Assembly: GCA_017481745.1 (NCBI GenBank)
Contig: JAFUOV010000009.1
Span: 130,823 to 194,822 of the forward strand
Origin: Bacteroidaceae bacterium
GTDB lineage: Bacteria > Bacteroidota > Bacteroidia > Bacteroidales > Barnesiellaceae_A
Direction: 5' to 3'
Length of the DNA stretch: 64,000 nt
Below are positions 56,689 through 64,000 of this stretch, piece by piece; the first letter of the stretch is position 1, and each line of letters opens with the position of its first letter. The position numbers and the translations under genes are program-made. The notes under the pieces were generated by a model that did no database searches, had not been told where the DNA came from, and saw only the letters and a list, made by a program, of their open reading frames with translations.

Positions 56689-56759
56689 AGGATTCGAACC
56701 CTCACTGACAGAGCCAGAATCTGGAGTGCTACCATTACACCACAGGACAGTGCCGATTT
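56689..56759 (-). tRNA. tRNA-Gln (anticodon CUG)
   Basis: Hand-folded 71-nt cloverleaf. Acceptor stem is UGUCCUG/CAGGACA (U1:A72). D stem is GUGU/GCAC. Anticodon loop is UUCUGGC. T arm is GAGGG-UUCGAAU-CCUUC. There is a C27:U43 mismatch and CCA is not encoded. Confidence 0.85.
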
Positions 56760-56864
56760 ACGGAGTGCAAATTTGCAAATTTTTTTGCATTTGTAGCTAT
56801 TAATCGGGTGTAAAACGTGTGTTGTTAACAAATTTTTACACGTTGAAATATCTCCTTTTGTGCC

Positions 56865-57599
56865 TTATTGTATGAGAGGCTCGCCGGGTATCGCTGATGC
56901 GATGCGGTTGTAAGACTCTTTCATGAGTTGTTCCATGTCGTACTTGCCTTCGGCGGGTGGCATGATGGGCTTGTGTATGGTGAGTGTTACCTTGCCGGGA
57001 CGTACGTTGAGGCTGCCTTTGGGTAGTAACTCGAATGCGCCGTTGATGGTGAGAGGCACAACGGGAAGCGAGAACTCCTCGGCGAGCAAGAATGCACCGC
57101 GCTTGAAGGGGTGTAGATGACCGTCTTCGCAACGAGTGCCTTCGGGGAATACGACGAGTGACATACCGCCTTTGAGTGTTTTCTCGGCGTGTTGCATGGT
57201 GCGACGAATAGCGGCTTTCGATGAGCGGTCGACCATGATGTGTCCGGCGTATTGACAGGCAGTGCCAACGAAGGGTATTTTCTTGAGTGCTATTTTCATC
57301 ATCCACTTGAAGTTGTGCTTGAGGTAGCCGTAGATGATGAATATATCGAAAGCGCCTTGGTGGTTGGAAACAAAGACGTAAGATGTGTTTTTGTCGATGT
57401 TTTCACGACCTTTGATTTCGGTTTTGATGAGTAGTATTGCGCAGAAACATCTTGCCCAATACATGGGAGGGTAGTAGCCCCAAATGTTGGGATTGCCTAT
57501 GGCACTTCCTACAATGGTGATGATACATGTCAGCAGTGTGATGACAAGTAGAATGGGCACTGCAATGAGCCATTGGTATAGGAAATATAGTATGCGCAT
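56865..57599 (-). CDS. plsC: 1-acyl-sn-glycerol-3-phosphate acyltransferase
   Basis: 244 aa with the NHQGAFD (HX4D) and VFPEGTR motifs. Confidence 0.85.
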   Translation of the reverse strand: MRILYFLYQWLIAVPILLVITLLTCIITIVGSAIGNPNIWGYYPPMYWARCFCAILLIKTEIKGRENIDKNTSYVFVSNHQGAFDIFIIYGYLKHNFKWMMKIALKKIPFVGTACQYAGHIMVDRSSKAAIRRTMQHAEKTLKGGMSLVVFPEGTRCEDGHLHPFKRGAFLLAEEFSLPVVPLTINGAFELLPKGSLNVRPGKVTLTIHKPIMPPAEGKYDMEQLMKESYNRIASAIPGEPLIQ

Positions 57600-57614
57600 G
57601 GTGTTATGAGTTGA

Positions 57615-58229
57615 TTAGAAGTTGATACCTATTCTTATAGATGCACCGTGCAGGGCATTTTCGTTGTATGTGCCGAAGGGTACTATCTGTGTGTAAGTGT
57701 AGCCAACGATGACATACGATTGGAGTTTGCGGTTTTGAAACAGATTGCAGCCGATACCGGCAGATGCGTATGCGCCGGTGTTGTGGGTCTTGCTGTTGAG
57801 CTCGTTGATAGAGAGACCCGCCTTTACGTCGGCAAAGAAACGTGAATTGTTCTCTTTGAAGTTGCAACGGAAAATGGCGTAAATGGGGATGAACAGACGG
57901 CTGTTGGCAAATGAAGGGTGTATACCCATACCCAGACCGAGCAACTTGATGTAGCCTTTGCGATAACCACCGTAGATGTCGATGTCGATGCAGCTGCACT
58001 CTGTTCCCGAAAAGTCGATGCTTGCACCGGCTTCTACACCAAATGCGATGGGTCGAGTAGGAGTGTTGATGATGGGTGCTTGGTTGTCGACTTGCGCTGT
58101 GGCTGTTGTTTCGGTGGTGCGAGGCAAGCCCGATGTCTCGTTCTTGGCAAGGGTTTGCGCCGAAACGGTTGTTGCAGCCATGAATGTTGCTATAAGTATG
58201 TAGCGTAATAGTTGGTTGATAACGTTCAT
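57615..58229 (-). CDS. Small outer-membrane beta-barrel protein
   Basis: 204 aa with a signal peptide ending TVSAQ. It shows an alternating beta-strand pattern and the C-terminal residues GINF. Confidence 0.6.
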   Translation of the reverse strand: MNVINQLLRYILIATFMAATTVSAQTLAKNETSGLPRTTETTATAQVDNQAPIINTPTRPIAFGVEAGASIDFSGTECSCIDIDIYGGYRKGYIKLLGLGMGIHPSFANSRLFIPIYAIFRCNFKENNSRFFADVKAGLSINELNSKTHNTGAYASAGIGCNLFQNRKLQSYVIVGYTYTQIVPFGTYNENALHGASIRIGINF

Positions 58230-58341
58230 TTCTTGATTAACTAAATATAATTTGTGGGTGCGAAATTATATATTTATTGTAAAAAAACAAAATCGGACTT
58301 GTTAAGAAATATATTTTTGAAATGATATTTGAAAAAATTAT

Positions 58342-58349
58342 TACCTTTG
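58342..58349 (+). promoter_or_regulatory. -7 promoter box (TACCTTTG) upstream of the FGE-like gene
   Basis: Exact TAnnTTTG 26 nt upstream of ATG 58375. Confidence 0.45.
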
Positions 58350-58374
58350 TAATAGATTAAAAGGAAGAGTGAAT

Positions 58375-59160
58375 ATGAAAAGAATGTTTACGATTGTTGC
58401 GCTTCTTATGGCGTGTGCAAGTGTGTGTATGGGACAAGAGACCGACTCAGTAGCACAGCCAGCCGAGTGTGTGCAAATAGAGGTTGCCGAAGGTGTTGTG
58501 ATAGATATGGTGTATATCTCCGAGGGACGATTTATGATGGGTGCTACTGCCGAGCAAGGTCGTGAGGCTGCTGCCGATGAGTATCCGGTGCATGAGGTTG
58601 TACTATCGGGATACTATATTGCTACTACCGAGTGTACGCAAGCTGTGTGGGGTGCAGTGATGAGTTGGAACAACTCGGTTGTGAAGGGCGATAATGTGCC
58701 TGTAACCAATGTCAATGTGTATGATTGCAACGAGTTCTTGAATGAGTTGTCGGCACGTACCGGTTATAGTTTCCGCTTGCCTACCGAGGCAGAGTGGGAG
58801 TATGCCGCACGCGGTGGCGCAAAAAGCGGCGCTACCAAATATAGCGGAAGCGAAGCGCTTGCCGAGGTGTCATGGTACTCGATGAACGCCTCACAAGCAC
58901 GTACCGTAGCAACCAAGAAAGCCAATGAGTTGGGCTTGTATGATATGAGCGGTAATGTGTATGAGATATGTAGCGATGAGTATACGGCATATCCTTCACA
59001 AGTGCAGTATGACCCGCAAGGTGGCGAGTCGGACCAACAGGTGTTCCGCGGTGGTGCTTATATCTCGGAGCCTACCGATTGCCGTACCTCGGTGCGCTCG
59101 TTTGCACCGACCGATTATCGCGATGCCTTTATAGGTTTTCGTTTGGTTATGATACCTTAA
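58375..59160 (+). CDS. Formylglycine-generating-enzyme (SUMF1) family protein, secreted
   Basis: 261 aa from ATG 58375 (the track start is GTG). Has a signal peptide and the motifs LPTEAEWEYAARGG, GLYDMSGNVYE and FRGGAY. Confidence 0.8.
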   Translation: MKRMFTIVALLMACASVCMGQETDSVAQPAECVQIEVAEGVVIDMVYISEGRFMMGATAEQGREAAADEYPVHEVVLSGYYIATTECTQAVWGAVMSWNNSVVKGDNVPVTNVNVYDCNEFLNELSARTGYSFRLPTEAEWEYAARGGAKSGATKYSGSEALAEVSWYSMNASQARTVATKKANELGLYDMSGNVYEICSDEYTAYPSQVQYDPQGGESDQQVFRGGAYISEPTDCRTSVRSFAPTDYRDAFIGFRLVMIP

Positions 59161-59169
59161 ATGATAGTT

Positions 59170-59196
59170 AACAGCCGCATAGCCGGCTGTTTTGTT
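59170..59196 (+). terminator. Hairpin terminator after the FGE-like gene
   Basis: 8-bp stem aacagccg/cggctgtt followed by ttgttatatt. Confidence 0.55.
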
Positions 59197-59210
59197 ATAT
59201 TGAAAAACCG

Positions 59211-61412
59211 ATGACTGATAGTAGTATTGTAACGGCAACGTTTCCTGTGCTGAATATGGCTTGTGCAGCCTGTTCGGCAGCCGTAGAGAAGACACTGCAA
59301 CAGCAACGAGGTGTTGTTGCAGCAACGGTGAACCTTGCTGCGGCGCAGGCACATGTGCAGTATGACAAGCGTGTTACTTCATATCGCAAGTTGGCAAAGG
59401 CTGTAAAGGCTGCCGGATTTGTGCTTGTAGAACCAACCGAGAGCAGTGCCGATGTTGTTGCCGGTTATCGGCGAGAGCGATTGCATCGCAAGCAAGTGAG
59501 TATGTTGGGTGCATTGCTCTTTTTCTTGCCGTTGATGGTGTTGTCGATGTGGATGCCCAATATTGCGCATCTGCATTATATCCTGTGGGCATTGGCTACG
59601 CCTGTGCTGGTGTTTGGCTATGACTTCTATGTAGGTGCATGGCAACAGGCTCGACATGGTCGTGCCAATATGGATACACTCGTTGCTGTGAGTACGTCGG
59701 TGGCATATCTTTTCAGTGTATTCAATACGTTGTTTCCCGAGTTCTGGCTGGAGCGAGGATTGGAGCCACACGTCTATTTTGAGGCATCGGCGGGCATTAT
59801 AGCTTTTGTTTCGATAGGCAAGATGCTCGAGGAGCGTGCCAAGGATAGCACAACGACTGCCATCGGTGCGCTGATGGGCTTGCAACCGCAACAAGTAACG
59901 CGTGTGTTGCCCGATGGCAGTATAGAGGATGTAGATATAGCGACGGTTGCTGTTGGCGATACTGTTATGGCGCATCCCGGCGAGCGAATAGCCGTCGATG
60001 GTGTTGTCGTAGACGGTACTTCGTATGTAGATGAGAGCATGCTCACCGGCGAGCCGATGCCTGTGCGAAAGGGTGCTGGTGAGCCGGTATTCTGTGGAAC
60101 ACTCAACGGAAAGGGTGTGCTATATTATACGGCAGAAAAAACGGGCGATGCAACGTTGTTGTCGCGCATCATACGAGTCGTGCAGGATGCTCAAGGAAGT
60201 AAAGCCCCAGTACAGCGCCTTGTAGATAAGGTGGCAGCGATATTTGTACCTGTGGTGATGAGTATTGCTGTTGTGGCTTTTGTGGTGTGGATGCTTGTAG
60301 GTGGCGATGAAGCCTTCTCGCATGCACTGCTGGCTTTTGTTACGGTGCTTGTGATAGCTTGCCCTTGTGCACTCGGATTGGCAACACCTACTGCTATCAC
60401 CGTAGGTATAGGCAAGGCTGCTTCGCAAGGAATATTGATAAAGAATGCCGATGCGCTTGAGAGCGCTTGTCGTGTTACGGCTGTGGTACTTGATAAGACG
60501 GGAACACTGACCGAAGGTCATCCCGCCGTAGTGCACTCGTTGTGGAGTGATGATAGTGCTCGTGCTGTGTTGTATGGTATTGAGTCGCGCTCGGAACACC
60601 CCTTGGCACAAGCCGTAACGGCTCACCTGACCGATTGTGATGTTGTTGAGGTGAGCGACTTCACGACGTTGCCCGGCAAAGGTGTGCAGGCTGTGAGTGC
60701 CGGCGTGCAGTACTACGTGGGAAACAAGCGCTTGATGGACGAAGTAGGCGTGAATTGTGCCGGCGAGATGCTTGCCGCTGCCGAGGCTTGGGAGCAAGAG
60801 GCAAATACGGTGATATGGTTTGCAACGAGTGAGGCTCTGCTGGCGGTTATGGCTATTGCCGACCCATTGAAGGCTACGTCGCAACAAGCCGTAGCAAGTA
60901 TGCAGGCATTGGGTATGAAGGTGTATATGCTCACCGGCGACAACCTATCGACAGCACAAGCTGTGGCGCAGCGTGTGGGAATATCGCTTGTCGTGGCAGA
61001 GGTGCTGCCCGAAGAGAAAGCTGCCTTTATCTCTCGCTTGCAGCGTGAAGGTGAGGTGGTTGCCATGATAGGCGATGGCATTAACGACTCGGCTGCCTTG
61101 GCGCAAGCCGATGTGAGTATAGCTATGGGGCAGGGTAGTGATATAGCCATGGATGTAGCTGCCATGACAATCATTTCGAGCGACTTGCTGCGAGTGCCTC
61201 AAGCTGTTGTTGTTTCGCAACAGACCGTAAAGACCATTCGCCAAAATCTCTTCTGGGCGTTTATATATAATATAATAGGTATTCCTGTTGCTGCAGGAGT
61301 GCTCTATCCGTTGAACGGCTTTCTGCTTAATCCCATGATAGCAAGTGCTGCCATGGCATTGAGCAGTGTGAGTGTTGTGAGCAACAGCTTACGCTTGAAA
61401 TGGAAAAAATAA
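59211..61412 (+). CDS. copA: Copper-translocating P1B-type ATPase
   Basis: 733 aa with an N-terminal HMA domain (MACAAC), a TM CPC motif (ACPCALGLATP), DKTGTLT and GDGINDS. Confidence 0.92.
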   Translation: MTDSSIVTATFPVLNMACAACSAAVEKTLQQQRGVVAATVNLAAAQAHVQYDKRVTSYRKLAKAVKAAGFVLVEPTESSADVVAGYRRERLHRKQVSMLGALLFFLPLMVLSMWMPNIAHLHYILWALATPVLVFGYDFYVGAWQQARHGRANMDTLVAVSTSVAYLFSVFNTLFPEFWLERGLEPHVYFEASAGIIAFVSIGKMLEERAKDSTTTAIGALMGLQPQQVTRVLPDGSIEDVDIATVAVGDTVMAHPGERIAVDGVVVDGTSYVDESMLTGEPMPVRKGAGEPVFCGTLNGKGVLYYTAEKTGDATLLSRIIRVVQDAQGSKAPVQRLVDKVAAIFVPVVMSIAVVAFVVWMLVGGDEAFSHALLAFVTVLVIACPCALGLATPTAITVGIGKAASQGILIKNADALESACRVTAVVLDKTGTLTEGHPAVVHSLWSDDSARAVLYGIESRSEHPLAQAVTAHLTDCDVVEVSDFTTLPGKGVQAVSAGVQYYVGNKRLMDEVGVNCAGEMLAAAEAWEQEANTVIWFATSEALLAVMAIADPLKATSQQAVASMQALGMKVYMLTGDNLSTAQAVAQRVGISLVVAEVLPEEKAAFISRLQREGEVVAMIGDGINDSAALAQADVSIAMGQGSDIAMDVAAMTIISSDLLRVPQAVVVSQQTVKTIRQNLFWAFIYNIIGIPVAAGVLYPLNGFLLNPMIASAAMALSSVSVVSNSLRLKWKK

Positions 61413-61427
61413 TAAAATTGAGAATAT

Positions 61428-61688
61428 ATGAGTTGGAGTAAATTTATCAGCAAGATTACCGGCAAAAGTGCCGATGACAGTAATGTATGGCGTTTCCGTA
61501 CCAATATCATGTGCGGCGGATGTATAGCCAAGATAACCCCTGTGCTTGATGGTGCAGAAGGTGTATCCTCGTGGAGTGTAGCACTTGAAACACCCGATAG
61601 AGTGTTGACCGTCGTGCCCAATGGCATCGGCGAGGAAGAGTTGTTGCAGATGGTGCGTGCAGCCGGCTTTACCATTGAGCGATTGTGA
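61428..61688 (+). CDS. Small heavy-metal-associated (HMA) domain protein, CopZ-like
   Basis: 86 aa with a MCGGC metal-binding motif and ferredoxin-like fold spacing. Lies directly after copA. Confidence 0.65.
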   Translation: MSWSKFISKITGKSADDSNVWRFRTNIMCGGCIAKITPVLDGAEGVSSWSVALETPDRVLTVVPNGIGEEELLQMVRAAGFTIERL

Positions 61689-61726
61689 TGCGCGGCTCTT
61701 TATTTCGTTGTCGCGTTGCGATATAA

Positions 61727-61759
61727 AAAAAACGAGGTGGACACACCTCGTTTTTTTGT
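61727..61759. terminator. Bidirectional intrinsic terminator (A7-stem-T7)
   Basis: aaaaaaaacgaggtg-gaca-cacctcgttttttt lies between the convergent copZ-like gene and ftsH. Confidence 0.8.
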
Positions 61760-61778
61760 GATTTATAAGAGTATGCTT

Positions 61779-63788
61779 TTACTCTTTTGTTTTGGGTTCT
61801 TCGTCGTTGTCGTCGTTGTCGGGCACTTCGGGCTTCAACTCGATGGTTGTAGTTGTTGTGAAGCTGTCGTCGACGATACTCTCTTCTTTGTTGCTCTCGT
61901 TATCGCGTAAAATCTCTTCGGAGCGCGATTTCCAAGGTCGCTTGCCGAATATTTTCTCAACATCCTCGGTATAAATCACCTCATTTGTGAGGAGCACCTC
62001 GGTAAGTTGAGCGTGTCCGTCGGCATGCTCTTTGAGGATGCGTTTGGCGCGCTCGTATTGTTCGGTAACGATGCGGCTTACCTCTTCGTCGATAATCTTG
62101 GCAGTTGTCTCGCTATAAGGCTTGGTAAAGCCATACTCTTGCCCTGTTGAGTCGTAGTAAGACAAGTTGGGCAGGCGGTCGCTCATACCAAAGTAAACCA
62201 CCATGGCGTATGCTTGCTTTGTAACGCGCTCCAAGTCGTTTGCAGCGCCTGTCGATATGCGACCGATGAAAATCTCCTCGGCAGCTCTACCGCCCAATGT
62301 GGCGCACATCTCGTCGAGCATGGCTTCGCGGGGTGTAATCTGGCGCTCTTCGGGCAGATACCATGCTGCACCTAAAGCCTTGCCTCGAGGCACGATGGTA
62401 ACTTTTACCAGCGGATTGGCATATTGCAAGTGCCAACTCAACGAGGCGTGTCCAGCCTCGTGTATGGCAATAGAGCGTTTCTCCTCGTCGGTGGTGATTT
62501 TTGAGCGTTTCTCAAGACCACCTATGATGCGGTCGACGGCATCCATAAAGTCTTGCTTCTCGACTGTTTTTTTGTTCTTGCGAGCTGCGATGAGTGCCGC
62601 TTCGTTACATACGTTGGCAATATCGGCGCCCGAGAAGCCCGGTGTTTGACGTGCCAACAAGTCGCGGTCGACCGATGCATCAATCTTGACATTGCGTAGG
62701 TGAACGTCGAAAATCTCTTTGCGGTCGTTTAGGTCGGGCAGTTCGACATAAATTTGACGGTCGAAACGTCCGGCACGCAATAGTGCTTTGTCGAGTATAT
62801 CGGCGCGGTTGGTAGCTGCAAGTATTATGACACCGCTGTTAGTGCCGAAACCGTCCATCTCGGTGAGCAGCTGGTTGAGTGTATTCTCGCGCTCGTCGTT
62901 AGCACCCATGTTGGGGCTCTTACCGCGGGCACGACCTACGGCATCAATCTCGTCGATGAAGATGATACAGGGGGCTTTCTCCTTGGCTTGACGGAACAAG
63001 TCTCTCACGCGCGATGCACCCACACCCACAAACATCTCTACAAAGTCGGAACCCGACAGCGAGAAGAATGGAACGTTAGCCTCGCCGGCAACCGCCTTGG
63101 CAAGAAGTGTTTTACCTGTTCCCGGAGGTCCTACCAACAATGCACCTTTGGGTATCTTACCACCCAACTCGGTGTATTTGCCGGGGTTCTTCAAGAACTC
63201 GACTATCTCTTCGACCTCTTGTTTAGCCTCGGACAGTCCGGCAACATCGTCGAATGTAACGCGGGTATTGCCTTTCTCGTATAGCTTGGCGGTAGATTTG
63301 CCCACGTTGAAAACGCCGCCACCACCGCCGCCGCCACCGCCGTGACCCGACATATTGCGCATGATGAGAAACCAGAAGACAATGAGCAGGATGAACGGAC
63401 CTACCGACCAGAAGATTGCGCCAAAGTCGCTACTCTTGTCGTAGGTAACAGGGATGTTTATGCCGTATACGTTTTTCCAATGTTGCAGAGTCTCGGCAAA
63501 GCTATCGCTCGAGGGAATGTTGGTGCGGATGGTTACCTCTGTACCTTTGGGAACCTCGTCGCCAAAAATGACATTCTTGGCAGAGTCGGTGAGTTGTGCC
63601 TCGGCATGGTCTTTATAGACTGTGATTTTCTCCATGCCATTGCCCAGCGCTATCTCCTCAAACTTGGTAGAGTCGACCTCGCGGTTGTATGATTGGCTGT
63701 TGGTGAAGTATAGAACTATGAGAACGATGAAAATGCCACCGTATAACCAAGCCAAGTTGAATTTGAAAAAATGTTTTTTATTGTTCAT
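61779..63788 (-). CDS. ftsH: ATP-dependent zinc metalloprotease FtsH
   Basis: 669 aa with [11 protein letters not shown], the SRH region and HEAGHA. A run of 9 Gly codons follows TM2. Confidence 0.97.
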   Translation of the reverse strand: MNNKKHFFKFNLAWLYGGIFIVLIVLYFTNSQSYNREVDSTKFEEIALGNGMEKITVYKDHAEAQLTDSAKNVIFGDEVPKGTEVTIRTNIPSSDSFAETLQHWKNVYGINIPVTYDKSSDFGAIFWSVGPFILLIVFWFLIMRNMSGHGGGGGGGGGVFNVGKSTAKLYEKGNTRVTFDDVAGLSEAKQEVEEIVEFLKNPGKYTELGGKIPKGALLVGPPGTGKTLLAKAVAGEANVPFFSLSGSDFVEMFVGVGASRVRDLFRQAKEKAPCIIFIDEIDAVGRARGKSPNMGANDERENTLNQLLTEMDGFGTNSGVIILAATNRADILDKALLRAGRFDRQIYVELPDLNDRKEIFDVHLRNVKIDASVDRDLLARQTPGFSGADIANVCNEAALIAARKNKKTVEKQDFMDAVDRIIGGLEKRSKITTDEEKRSIAIHEAGHASLSWHLQYANPLVKVTIVPRGKALGAAWYLPEERQITPREAMLDEMCATLGGRAAEEIFIGRISTGAANDLERVTKQAYAMVVYFGMSDRLPNLSYYDSTGQEYGFTKPYSETTAKIIDEEVSRIVTEQYERAKRILKEHADGHAQLTEVLLTNEVIYTEDVEKIFGKRPWKSRSEEILRDNESNKEESIVDDSFTTTTTIELKPEVPDNDDNDEEPKTKE

Positions 63789-63848
63789 ATATTATATGTA
63801 GTATAGTCCTAATGTTTATGAGGTCGTGTCATATTGCGTGTGTCATCG

Positions 63849-64000
63849 TTAGTCGATGTCGGGAATTTCTGTCAATATGGCATCGTTCCACAACTGCTCG
63901 ATGCGATAGAACTCACGTGCCTCGGGAGCAAAAATGTGAACAAATATGTTGCCGTAGTCGATGATTATCCATTGTGCATTGCGATAACCCTCGTATGCAA
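63849..64000 (-). CDS. rsfS: Ribosome silencing factor RsfS, C-terminal fragment (gene continues beyond right edge)
   Basis: Hand translation gives ...AYEGYRNAQWIIIDYGNIFVHIFAPEAREFYRIEQLWNDAILTEIPDID*. This matches the iojap/RsfS core W.L.DYG...VH.F..E.R.FY.LE.LW. Confidence 0.8.
   Translation of the reverse strand, partial: AYEGYRNAQWIIIDYGNIFVHIFAPEAREFYRIEQLWNDAILTEIPDID

Noticed and set aside
63315-63341. Run of nine GGY glycine codons in ftsH as a slippage or phase-variation tract
   Set aside because: The codons alternate GGC and GGT, so this is not a homopolymer or perfect microsatellite. To my recollection, a poly-Gly linker after TM2 is common in Bacteroidota FtsH.

Overview
This 64-kb chromosomal segment looks like Bacteroidota, probably Bacteroidales. 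G+C is roughly 50% by eye, TAnnTTTG -7 promoter boxes sit in front of many genes, and several type IX secretion (T9SS) genes are present. I count about 57 protein genes and one tRNA (Gln-CUG). I see no rRNA, CRISPR array, transposase or integrase. The ORF track accepts GTG/TTG as starts, so several starts were moved to the first plausible ATG.

Left third: a flippase fragment, ruvB, and a glycan precursor block. That block holds a WecA/MraY-like transferase, a HAD phosphatase, a DPPRS-like UbiA enzyme, fcl-gmd-manC and rfbB-D-C-A. A TolC-MFP-RND efflux operon follows. Next comes a tightly packed minus-strand string: ssb, aroA, a small membrane protein, a metal ABC permease, porW, porX, tsaE, a GH25 lysozyme and a small lipoprotein.

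Middle: a Dps-like ferritin, a 5.3-kb islet built around an orphan phage large terminase, and an nfnAB/gltD-like pair. Then two TerB-like proteins, nadC, a FdtB plus 2x FdtA amino-sugar module beside a DUF5103/T9SS-plug-like gene, and pepC. A very AT-rich 2.6-kb islet (MBOAT plus SGNH/DltD-like partner) follows, then rarA, zupT and hslR-pth-rplY.

Right third: two tandem T9SS-CTD cargo paralogues, galE, an RluA-type synthase and a promoter-to-terminator structured sRNA candidate. Then a PD-(D/E)XK nuclease coupled to pfkA, tRNA-Gln, plsC, an OMP, an FGE-like protein, copA-copZ, ftsH and rsfS.

The best candidates for something new:
- the orphan terminase islet (26.5-31.9 kb)
- the unassigned structured RNA (54.36-54.62 kb)
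- a dispersed heptamer-periodic repeat family (47.8-48.1 kb and 54.6-54.8 kb)
- the DPPRS/HAD/WecA triad
- the TerB-like pair
- the AT-rich O-acyltransferase islet

All functional calls come from reading motifs by eye. No database search was run.
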